A stretch of DNA of 64,000 nt from Candidatus Woesearchaeota archaeon. GTDB lineage: Archaea; Nanobdellota; Nanobdellia; Woesearchaeales; JAZDKJ01. Positions within the stretch are counted from its first letter, which is position 1, and each line of letters begins with the position of its first letter. A program made the translations under genes and the position numbers. Where the stretch lies: positions 1 to 64,000 of the forward strand of contig JAZDKJ010000002.1 in the NCBI GenBank assembly GCA_043803105.1, read 5' to 3'. Below the pieces are notes generated by a model, which saw nothing but the letters and a program-made list of their open reading frames with translations, was not told the origin of the DNA and searched no databases. Shown here one piece after another: positions 1-8,987 of the stretch.

Positions 1-1
1 T

Positions 2-3000
2 GACCAGTTTGTTTATTCGTGCGTAAAAAATAATTGTGGCGCGCAATGCTCTACAAGCGCTGACTGCAGCGACGGCAATCCTTATACAACTGACAACTGC
101 CTGGCAAACTGCCTTTGCGAGCACATACCGATTCCGTACTGCGGAGACGGGACAGTGAACGGCAACGAGCAGTGTGAACTGCCTAACACGAACAGCAACC
201 ATAACTGCCCAGAAACCACAGAAGAATGCAGCGGCCATAAGAAAGGTACTAGAGGCTCCTTTGGCAACTGTAATTCCAACTGTATGTGCAATAATAATCA
301 ATTCAGCTACCAGTGCGTGGCTGGCGCGTGTGGTGCCGAGTGCTCCGTCAACGCAGATTGCAACGACGGTAATCCCAACACCCTTGATTCATGCTCAGGA
401 GACTGCCAATGCGTTCAAGAACCGGTATGCGGCAATGATGTTATTAACCCCGGAGAGGAGTGCGAGTTGCCCAGTACCTTACACAACGCTTATTGCGTCC
501 AGAGCACCCAGGAGTGTCTTGGTAATAAGCTCGGCACCCGCGACTCTTTCGGTAATTGCGATCCTAATTGCGATTGTGATGAAACCCCTTTCAGTTATGC
601 CTGCGTTAAGGGCTCATGTAATGCGCAGTGCTCTTCTGATTCTGATTGCAATGATAATGATTCTAAGACTGCTGACTCCTGCCTTTCTAATTGCACCTGC
701 CAGCACACTCCAACAGAATTTTGCGGTAACAGGCATGTAGAGTCTGGAGAGCAGTGCGAGCCCCCAAACTCATTCAACAATCATTTCTGTTTTCAATCAA
801 TGATCACCTGTGTTGAGCATAAGCTCGGTATCAGAGATTCCTACGGCAATTGCGATGCACAGTGCGGCTGCATTGACGACCCATTTACCTTTATTTGTGT
901 AAAGGGCATTTGCGGTGCGCAGTGCGACAATAATGCAGATTGTAATGACCAAAATCCTCACACTATTGACAGCTGCACAGCTGGCTGCATGTGCACTCAC
1001 CAGCAATTGCCTTTCTGCGGCAATGGTGTTGTTGATTCTGGTGAGCAATGCGAGCTCCCGAACACTGCTGGCAATTCATTCTGTCCGCAGTCCTGTTCTA
1101 TTTGTGAAGGCCCAAAACAGGGTACAAGGGCTGCCTTTGGCAATTGCGATGCATTTTGCGGTTGCACAAACACTCCTTTCACATTTGCATGCAGCCAAAG
1201 TTGCGGAGCAGTGTGTGAAGACAACTCTGATTGTGATGACCAAAATCCGCATACCACTGATGTCTGCACCTCAAACTGTACTTGCGAGCACAGGACAGGG
1301 CAGTTCTGCGGTGACGGCCAGATAAATTCCGGTGAGCAGTGCGAGCTTCCTAGTACACAGTTCAATTTGTACTGCGCTGAGACCAATGAGACCTGTATAG
1401 GCCATAAGTTTGCCACTAGGCCAGGATTTGGCGACTGCACCTCTTCATGCCAGTGCATGCCTAAAGAGTTCTGCCCAGGCGTATGCATTGCAGGCAAGTG
1501 CGGAGCACAGTGTTCTGTCAATGCCGAATGTAATGACCAGAACCCACTCACAAATGACATCTGTACGGCTGATTGTATGTGCCAGCATATTCCTATTCCT
1601 CCAACCTGCGGGGACAATATCGTTCAATCCGGTGAGCAGTGCGAGCTTCCGAGCACTAACAATAATCACTTCTGTTCACAGTCTAATTCCACTTGTCAGG
1701 CTACAAAGCTTGGCTTGAGGGATAATTTCGGTGCATGCAATTCAGGCTGCCAATGCGGAACTGATGACTTTGTCTTTATATGTAAAGAGGGTCGCTGTGG
1801 TGCAACCTGTGACGATGACAATGATTGTGGAGGCGCCTCTTGCAAGTCAGTCTTTGAGGACGAATGCTGCGGCAAGGAACTCATTGATTTCAACAGGAAC
1901 CATTTGATTGATAATCTTACCATACAGCAGTCCTGCAATAACACATGTACTGATGGTTGCTCTTGCACTGATTGTTCTGTTGATTGCTCAGGTCCAGCCC
2001 CGTTAATTGGCTGTGTTGTTGGCGTTTGTGGCGCACAGTGCGCGCAAAACTCAGATTGTGCGCCAACTGATTGCGACCATCTTGACCGGTGTATAGGCCA
2101 TGACTATTACGATTTTGATGATACCCCAAGCATTTGCAATGAATGCGGTTGTACGCAAGGGCAGTGCAATGTAGTGCACATTTCATACAATGATTCTCGA
2201 TGCATTGGCTGCAGATCTGATAACGACTGCAACAGCCTTGACAGAGATTATTGCTCAGGAGTTTTTGTCAAGCACGACGAAGGAAGGTGCGTTGACCTTA
2301 ACTGTACCATCCAGACTACAGTAGTGAGCAACTGCTCTGCGCTTGACAACAATCATTGCTCTGACAGCTCCATTTTCCATGATGTTCACCTTTGCAGTAA
2401 TGCTGCTTGTGTTCTTAACAATAGCATATTGGTGCAAAACTGCAACGATGGTCTTTTCTGCAGCGGCCAGGAGAGTTGCGCTCAGGCACAATGCCTTCCA
2501 GGTACTCCTGTTAACTGCTCTTCGCATGACATCAATATAGATACATGTTTCTTCCAGCCAGACAGCATTGATGCAACCCTTGATGAGTATTCTTTCGATT
2601 CAGTCTGTAATGAGTACCATGACATGTGCACTATGCCTCCTGATGATTATACAGACCAGATTACTCACGAATGCGATATTGACAGGTGCGGGGCAGAGTG
2701 CGAGGAAAATGAGGATTGCGCCACATCAGTCTGCAATGAGACCTTCACTGATTTCTGTGTAGAAAATAAGCTCTTTGACTTCAACTCCAATGAGGAGAAT
2801 GACTCTGTTTTTGTCTTTGACAGCTGCGGCAACAACTGTTCATCTTCTTGCTCATGCAGCTCGTGCGCTCCTTCATGCGAGCCTCCTCAAGGAGAGCTTC
2901 ATTGTGTTGACGATTTATGCGGTGCCACCTGCGATGATAATAATGACTGCCTGCCAAACAGCTGCCAGGCGACCTTTAATGATAGCTGCCATGGTGCGCA

Positions 3001-4258
3001 TCTTATTGATTTCAACAGCAATTCAGTCAAGGATGTTTTCACTGTCTCAGATAGCTGTTCTAATAACTGTACTGGCTCATGTGCTTGCACAGTTTGCTCG
3101 CCTGATTGTGGCGCTCCTCAGCCCTTGGACCATTGCGTTGCAGGCGTTTGCGGTGCGCAGTGTTCAACCAATGCTGATTGCGATGATGGCAATCACAGGA
3201 CTCTTGACACCTGCGACTCTGGCTGCACTTGTAAGCATATCTGCGAGCCTGGCTATATTACTGTCGACAACGGCATTGGCATCCTCATCTGCATGCATAG
3301 CGAGGAATTCCAGCCAAACCTTTTCCTCTGTGACCAGCGTGTGCTCTTGGATGACAATGTTGCTTTCGGTCCAGGTGGTCCTGGTTCGCCTATAATTGAA
3401 AGGATAGAGAATTATGCATTTGAGGGTGAGAAGATTCACTGGAAAGTCTTGGTCTTTGACAAGAACGGAATAGACAAGATCAAGGATGTTTTCATGACTG
3501 CAGGTCCTGACCAGCACTCGCTTACAGTAGAGGCTAATTGCAAACTCGCTGACCTTCTAGATAAGGGCGACCAGATTGATGATTCCTGCAATGTGCGGAT
3601 ACTTGAAGAGAGCATTACTGAAGTGCCTTCTGACGACACTATGGCATATTATGATTGCACCTTCACTGTAGAGTCTCCTGAATTAATGTATGGCAACTAT
3701 TGGCTCACCGTCGCAGCAGAGGACCTTGATGGCCTTATCGGCTTGATGCCTGAGAACGAGTATTGGTTCCTCAATCCTACAGTCTCATTAAACATTAACG
3801 GTGTTGTCGATTTTGGTGTTGCAAGGCCTGGTTCAACAGTCTACGCCAGTACAATTACCATAGGCAATGATGCTGAGCCTGATAGCGGCCTTATTATGAA
3901 TATGTTCATCTCTGGAACAGACTTTTACGACTCAAGTCACTCTGGTGCAAAGTGCCCAAAAACAAACCAGCTGTTGCTGAAGAATTTTGCTTATTTTGCC
4001 ACTAACGGCGCTTACTCTACCGCAGGCTATCCTGGTGCTGATGTTGAGGGTTATAGGGGCATTGGTTATGGCAACCAGATCTGGAAAGCAAAATCCATAA
4101 TCAGCGGACTGCCATATCCTGCCAACACACCATTCCAGCCAGGCAATATACTCACGCCTGGTGCAGAGTTATCAGTTACTTTGCGTTTGCAGACACCAGA
4201 GCCTTGCAATGGCAATTTTGATGACGGCCAGATTTTCTTCTGGGGCGAGCCTATATAG
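2..4258 (+). CDS. Giant Cys-rich surface protein (5'-truncated by window edge) with C-terminal domain paralogous to 7686..8762
   Basis: The frame is open from position 2 (DQFVYSCVKNNCGAQC...), so the true start lies left of the window. It has tandem CGNGxxxxGEQCELP and CxDxNPxTxDxC Cys repeats. The last ~335 aa (from ~3251) closely match the 7686..8762 protein (IERIENYAFEGE, MAYYDCTFTVE, SGAKCPxTNQL, IFFWGE). Confidence 0.85.
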   Translation, partial: DQFVYSCVKNNCGAQCSTSADCSDGNPYTTDNCLANCLCEHIPIPYCGDGTVNGNEQCELPNTNSNHNCPETTEECSGHKKGTRGSFGNCNSNCMCNNNQFSYQCVAGACGAECSVNADCNDGNPNTLDSCSGDCQCVQEPVCGNDVINPGEECELPSTLHNAYCVQSTQECLGNKLGTRDSFGNCDPNCDCDETPFSYACVKGSCNAQCSSDSDCNDNDSKTADSCLSNCTCQHTPTEFCGNRHVESGEQCEPPNSFNNHFCFQSMITCVEHKLGIRDSYGNCDAQCGCIDDPFTFICVKGICGAQCDNNADCNDQNPHTIDSCTAGCMCTHQQLPFCGNGVVDSGEQCELPNTAGNSFCPQSCSICEGPKQGTRAAFGNCDAFCGCTNTPFTFACSQSCGAVCEDNSDCDDQNPHTTDVCTSNCTCEHRTGQFCGDGQINSGEQCELPSTQFNLYCAETNETCIGHKFATRPGFGDCTSSCQCMPKEFCPGVCIAGKCGAQCSVNAECNDQNPLTNDICTADCMCQHIPIPPTCGDNIVQSGEQCELPSTNNNHFCSQSNSTCQATKLGLRDNFGACNSGCQCGTDDFVFICKEGRCGATCDDDNDCGGASCKSVFEDECCGKELIDFNRNHLIDNLTIQQSCNNTCTDGCSCTDCSVDCSGPAPLIGCVVGVCGAQCAQNSDCAPTDCDHLDRCIGHDYYDFDDTPSICNECGCTQGQCNVVHISYNDSRCIGCRSDNDCNSLDRDYCSGVFVKHDEGRCVDLNCTIQTTVVSNCSALDNNHCSDSSIFHDVHLCSNAACVLNNSILVQNCNDGLFCSGQESCAQAQCLPGTPVNCSSHDINIDTCFFQPDSIDATLDEYSFDSVCNEYHDMCTMPPDDYTDQITHECDIDRCGAECEENEDCATSVCNETFTDFCVENKLFDFNSNEENDSVFVFDSCGNNCSSSCSCSSCAPSCEPPQGELHCVDDLCGATCDDNNDCLPNSCQATFNDSCHGAHLIDFNSNSVKDVFTVSDSCSNNCTGSCACTVCSPDCGAPQPLDHCVAGVCGAQCSTNADCDDGNHRTLDTCDSGCTCKHICEPGYITVDNGIGILICMHSEEFQPNLFLCDQRVLLDDNVAFGPGGPGSPIIERIENYAFEGEKIHWKVLVFDKNGIDKIKDVFMTAGPDQHSLTVEANCKLADLLDKGDQIDDSCNVRILEESITEVPSDDTMAYYDCTFTVESPELMYGNYWLTVAAEDLDGLIGLMPENEYWFLNPTVSLNINGVVDFGVARPGSTVYASTITIGNDAEPDSGLIMNMFISGTDFYDSSHSGAKCPKTNQLLLKNFAYFATNGAYSTAGYPGADVEGYRGIGYGNQIWKAKSIISGLPYPANTPFQPGNILTPGAELSVTLRLQTPEPCNGNFDDGQIFFWGEPI

Positions 4259-4398
4259 GCCGGCTCCGTCATATTTTTTTTCTTCCATATATTTTGAAGG
4301 TCCAAAAGACTTGTGTAATCAGCCAAACCCAGCAATCACTTTAATCCAAATTGAAGCCTAAACAATGCTTAAATACTAGCCTTCCCTTCTTTGTTCTT

Positions 4399-5649
4399 AT
4401 GAATAAGAAATTATTGACAATCGGAACAACTATTCTCATATTGGCAATAGCCACAACTACAGCTGTCCTCCTCCTTTTTCCTTATGAACCAAAGCACCCG
4501 CCTACAGTAAATAGCACAGCTTCAACACCGCAAGGTATCCAAGAGGTTGTTGATGCCAACAACAAGTTCGCGTTTGATCTTTATTCTGAGTTGGCAAAAT
4601 CCGAAACTGGAAACCTTTTCTACTCTCCTTACAGTATCTCTGCTGCTTTGGCAATGACTTATGAAGGCGCAAAAGGAGAGACTGCGGATGAAATGATATT
4701 TGTTCTTCATTTTCCGCACGCTTTGGAAGCAAATTTTGCAGCCATTTATAATGATTTAAACCAGCCAAATGACGCTTATACATTAGGGACAGGGAACGCT
4801 TTATGGATTCAAAATGATTATCCCCTTCTTGCAGACTATACAAGCGAAGTAGCAAAATATTATGGCGGAAAGGCAGTTAATCTGGATTTTATTAGGGATA
4901 CAGAAAATTCCAGGCAAACAATAAACAGCTTTATTGAAGAGCAGACAAATAACAAGATTAAGGACTTGATTCCTAAAGGATTCATCAATCAATTGACCAG
5001 GCTGGTTCTGACCAATGCAATCTACTTCAAAGGCACTTGGGTATGGGAATTTGATAAGTCCAATACTCATGAACAAGATTTCATGGTGACTCCCACAACC
5101 CTTGTAAAAACCCCAATGATGTACATGGACCCCAGTAAGGCCGTATTTAATTATGCTGGTTTAGAAGGCTTACAAATCTTGGAATTGCCATACAGAGGCG
5201 ACAAGATTTCCATGCTAATCCTGTTGCCAACCGAAAACCTTGACTCAATAGGGCCTTTGACCGCAGAAAAATTGAACGAGTACAAGTCCCAAATGAAAGA
5301 GACAAAAATGGATTCAATATCCATTCCCAAATTTGAATTTGATACCAAATATTCCTTGAAAGATGCGTTAAGCGCTCTGGGAATGCCAGCAGCCTTTTCA
5401 ACCTCTGCAGATTTTTCTGGCATGACTGGCAAAAAAGATTTGTTTATCAGCTTTGTTATTCATCAAGCATTTGTCAAGGTTGATGAGGAAGGTACAGAAG
5501 CGGCAGCTGCAACTGCTGTAGGTATGGGGTTAACGGCAGTAATGCAAAGAAATGTGTTTATGGCAGACCGCCCATTTATTTTCATAATTCAAGAAAAGGA
5601 AACTGGAAATATTCTCTTTATTGGGAGAGTGACTGACCCAAGCAAATAA
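4399..5649 (+). CDS. Serpin (serine protease inhibitor) with N-terminal membrane anchor/signal
   Basis: Serpin motifs NLFYSPYSI, LVLTNAIYFKGTW, hinge EEGTEAAAATA and FMADRPFIF. The likely start is ATG 4399 (MNKKLLTIG...), followed by a hydrophobic stretch. Confidence 0.95.
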   Translation: MNKKLLTIGTTILILAIATTTAVLLLFPYEPKHPPTVNSTASTPQGIQEVVDANNKFAFDLYSELAKSETGNLFYSPYSISAALAMTYEGAKGETADEMIFVLHFPHALEANFAAIYNDLNQPNDAYTLGTGNALWIQNDYPLLADYTSEVAKYYGGKAVNLDFIRDTENSRQTINSFIEEQTNNKIKDLIPKGFINQLTRLVLTNAIYFKGTWVWEFDKSNTHEQDFMVTPTTLVKTPMMYMDPSKAVFNYAGLEGLQILELPYRGDKISMLILLPTENLDSIGPLTAEKLNEYKSQMKETKMDSISIPKFEFDTKYSLKDALSALGMPAAFSTSADFSGMTGKKDLFISFVIHQAFVKVDEEGTEAAAATAVGMGLTAVMQRNVFMADRPFIFIIQEKETGNILFIGRVTDPSK

Positions 5650-5772
5650 GTGTTCGCCTGCCAAAACAACTGACGCTACGAATTCTATTCTTTTCTTAAA
5701 ACACAGAGATTCTTGTTTGCTCAGCCAACCATTTTCCAAACGTTTTTAAACATCCAGCCCTTGGCTTCATCC

Positions 5773-6444
5773 ATGAGGCTATTGACTTGGATTCTTGCAA
5801 TTCTGTTGGGCATTGTTCTAGTTTTCGTTGTGACTGGAAAGTCTGCACTTCTACTACCAAACTTGCCAGGCATTACCTTGAATATCATCATCCTGGCAAT
5901 TGCAGCCTACATAGTGTATAAGCTTATCCAGAAGGTTGTGATGATTCTCGTCATTCCATTGATCCTGATTGCGCTTCTGCTCATCTATGCTTCAGTCATA
6001 GTTCAGGCTCCGATGCAGGGCAAGGTGATTAATGCTGCCAATAATCAGTCAGTTAGCGGCATTGTTGTCACAAGGTCTGTCTTTATTGGAAGTGTTGCTT
6101 TGAATGGCTCATCGCTTGAAGAATTGCAGGAAAACTCAACCACCTCTGATGATGGGTCATTTAGTTTTCCCTGGTTTTTCCACATTACTTTTCCTTTTGT
6201 TGACTATTTTAGTTCTGACAAGTTATTTGTGGAAATCTGTGATACTTGCACTAATAGTGGTTTTCTCTTGCTCTACCATGAGCAAAGCTTTCTCGAAGAT
6301 AGTCAAGGTCTGATCAATTTCAGGTTCAACTTCCTGCCTGTCAAAGCAGATGTTTACTTGATTCCAAAATTGTCTGCTGAAGAGTGCCAGTCCATGCAGA
6401 ACAAGTGGCTTGTCTCTGATTGTATAAACCTCAGTTCTCAATAG
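5773..6444 (+). CDS. Hypothetical membrane protein (3 N-terminal TM helices, extracellular beta domain)
   Basis: Three hydrophobic segments are followed by GKVINAANNQSVSGIVV...TSDDGSFSF, which resembles a carboxypeptidase-regulatory-like domain. ATG at 5773. Confidence 0.6.
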   Translation: MRLLTWILAILLGIVLVFVVTGKSALLLPNLPGITLNIIILAIAAYIVYKLIQKVVMILVIPLILIALLLIYASVIVQAPMQGKVINAANNQSVSGIVVTRSVFIGSVALNGSSLEELQENSTTSDDGSFSFPWFFHITFPFVDYFSSDKLFVEICDTCTNSGFLLLYHEQSFLEDSQGLINFRFNFLPVKADVYLIPKLSAEECQSMQNKWLVSDCINLSSQ

Positions 6445-7424
6445 AAGTCCGTCTTCACTATGGGCTGCCAGTAAGCCCTGTAGTTTTGCTCAGTGCTTCC
6501 CTTGCATACAGCCTCAAATGCGCACCTTTCATGCACTTTGATCTCAACAGTCTTTTGGAAGGTGCACGGCTTCCTCCTGCATTTCCTGTTCTGGCATAGT
6601 GTTGTCTCATGGCAGCAGCTCCTTCCAAGAGGCCATAGAAAGTCGTTTACCTGCAATAGCTCTTTTCCTGATTTTTGTGCTATTTGCCTTATTGCCTCAA
6701 CGCATGCGTTCCTTATCTCACTGTCAGAATCCAGTGGTTCCTTGTTCCAAAGCCTTTCCTTGAGCTCTTCGTCCTCTATTTCCACGCAGCCCATCCGTAA
6801 TAGTACCCTCTGCACATGGTAATCTATTCCAGGAACAATGTTTTCCTCATCCCTCACCTTATATAGCCTTGCGTCCAAAAGATGCTTCAGGAACACTGTA
6901 CTTTTCTTCCTCAAAGGATCAGCGAATGCCCTTGTCTCGCCCAATAGTTCATATAGCCCTTTTCCTTTGTTTAAGAGATATCCTTCTGTCTCCTCAAGAA
7001 CGTTCACGACTTCTGCGCCGTGTTGTTCCTTTAACCATTTTGCCAATTCGTTCATCATAAGTGCGCGCTCTTCCAGAAGATCAAGGGTGCAGTCACCTTT
7101 TTCGTTTGTGAAAGCCATTTTGAGCCATCCCACAATCTGCTCCTGGTGTCTTGTTAGGTTATTTGGGTCAATCAGTTCTGACCTTGCCTTTCCCAACTCA
7201 GTGAATACTTTTTCCATATACTCCCAACCCTTAAGGTCCTTGTCTTGCAGGCTGTGCGTCTGGTGGCATATTGCTGCAGAGAATAGGTACATCCTTGCCT
7301 TAGTCTCAGGCTCAACTTTGAGGCTGATGAATTCTCTTTCGTAGAACGAGTCCCTGATTCTCAATCTTGCCAATGCCTTAGCCACTTCTGCACATTGCTC
7401 TGTATTAACCACAGCTTCTTTCAT
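6438..7424 (-). CDS. Putative N-glycosylase-fold protein (HhH-GPD / queuosine-salvage-like) with Cys-rich C-terminus
   Basis: Motifs FADPLRKK, IDYHVQRVLLRMG, SEIRNAC and DFLWPLGR, plus a C-terminal Cys cluster that could bind Fe-S. Family assigned by eye only. Confidence 0.5.
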   Translation of the reverse strand: MKEAVVNTEQCAEVAKALARLRIRDSFYEREFISLKVEPETKARMYLFSAAICHQTHSLQDKDLKGWEYMEKVFTELGKARSELIDPNNLTRHQEQIVGWLKMAFTNEKGDCTLDLLEERALMMNELAKWLKEQHGAEVVNVLEETEGYLLNKGKGLYELLGETRAFADPLRKKSTVFLKHLLDARLYKVRDEENIVPGIDYHVQRVLLRMGCVEIEDEELKERLWNKEPLDSDSEIRNACVEAIRQIAQKSGKELLQVNDFLWPLGRSCCHETTLCQNRKCRRKPCTFQKTVEIKVHERCAFEAVCKGSTEQNYRAYWQPIVKTDFY

Positions 7425-7685
7425 TCCATTCAGTCAATAATATAGGTATTTAATCCTTGCTGTAAATTAGATTTCAATTATTTTGCGTAGTGAAAATCTT
7501 GATTTTTCCTATCGCTTTGGGACGACTGTAGCGACTGAAAAACTAGGTTCATTCGTGTATTTTCAAGCTTATAAAATATTAAATAGCCCGATTCTAACCA
7601 AGGGTATCTGGCATTCTTTCAAAAAGGGGGTGAACACTACATGGTAAGAACTAAACAAAAAAAGGAATATTTGGAGGTGAATTGG

Positions 7686-8762
7686 ATGAATAAGGTTTTC
7701 TTAGTAGTAGTAGCGATGTGCTTTCTGCTTCCCGGAGTCTTGGGAGTGAGTTTTGGTGCAGGAATTGGCATCAACATGTCGACAGAGAAATTTGCCCCAA
7801 TGGTTTGGATGTGCGACAGCAGGATTGTGTTAGACGACAATGTCGAGCCAGGTAGAATATCACCTAACGGGACCGAACTTATCGAACGAATAGAGAACTA
7901 TGCTTTCGAAGGCGAGCAGATACACTGGAGTGTATTGGTGCTTGACAAGAATGGTATTGAGAAGGTAAAGGATGTCTATATAAGCATCGGCCCAACACAG
8001 GGTTCTGGTAATGACATCGAGGCAAACTGTGAGCTTGACTATATTCTTACGGGAGAACAGGACATTGAAGAGTCTTGCAACGCAAGAATCCTCGAAGAGG
8101 AGCTTGACGACATAATTCCAGGCTCAATGGCATATTATGACTGTACCTTCACTGTTGAGACGCCTGGCAGTATGTATAATGAGTACTGGGTTACCGTTGA
8201 AGCAGAGGACCTTGACGGACTTTTTGGAGACATGGCTGAGAATGAATTTTGGTTCTTCAATCCGAATATTGCCTTGAGCATTACCGGCGGCATTGACTTT
8301 GGTACTGTAAGACCAGGATCAGCCTCATACTCTAATACACTCTTGGTTGGAAACGATGCTGATACTGGTTCGGGAGTACTCCTGGATATGTATATCGCAG
8401 GAACTGACTTTTATGACCCAAGCTCTAGCGGAGCAAAGTGCCCAACCACAAACCAGCTGGCGCTAACAAACTTTGCTTATTTCGCAACCAATGGAGCTTA
8501 CAGCACGCAAGGAACAACTTGCGACGATGTTGAAGGTTATGTGCCTATCCACTACGGCAACAGGATAGACCAGGCATTCGAGATAATCGGCTGCCTCCAA
8601 TTCGCAAATGTGCCTTTGGCAGGCGGAATTGAGCAGTACCAGCCCGGTAACGTCTTGAGTCCTGATGCAGAGATTGCAATGACCTTTAGGCTTGAGTTGC
8701 CTGAGCCTTGCAATGGTGACTTCTCAGAAGGTAGTATATTCTTCTGGGGAGAAGCAGTTTAA
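7686..8762 (+). CDS. Secreted acidic protein, candidate surface-fibre or lattice subunit
   Basis: SD GGAGGTGA at 7673-7680, signal peptide MNKVFLVVVAMCFLLPGVLG and no C-terminal TM. It is paralogous to the C-terminal domain of 2..4258. An alternative in-frame ATG at 7641 also has an SD. Confidence 0.85.
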   Translation: MNKVFLVVVAMCFLLPGVLGVSFGAGIGINMSTEKFAPMVWMCDSRIVLDDNVEPGRISPNGTELIERIENYAFEGEQIHWSVLVLDKNGIEKVKDVYISIGPTQGSGNDIEANCELDYILTGEQDIEESCNARILEEELDDIIPGSMAYYDCTFTVETPGSMYNEYWVTVEAEDLDGLFGDMAENEFWFFNPNIALSITGGIDFGTVRPGSASYSNTLLVGNDADTGSGVLLDMYIAGTDFYDPSSSGAKCPTTNQLALTNFAYFATNGAYSTQGTTCDDVEGYVPIHYGNRIDQAFEIIGCLQFANVPLAGGIEQYQPGNVLSPDAEIAMTFRLELPEPCNGDFSEGSIFFWGEAV

Positions 8763-8782
8763 ATTATTTTTTTATTTTTTTT
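8763..8782 (+). terminator. Archaeal-type T-tract terminator
   Basis: A long T-rich run follows immediately after the stop codon. Confidence 0.55.
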
Positions 8783-8987
8783 GGTTTGAATTCCGATGCA
8801 CTCGGGAGTGATAAATAAGGTTTGCGGCAAAAAAGGACAGTTCATGTTCATAATTTTGTCATTTAATTGAAAAAAGGTGAAAAAAAGGACTTTTGTCTCC
8901 GATGGATGACATCCTTTTCGACGATAAATTGAGAAAAATATAAATACAACTTAGGTTATCGAGAACAGGTTTTTGGGGGTGTAAGTG

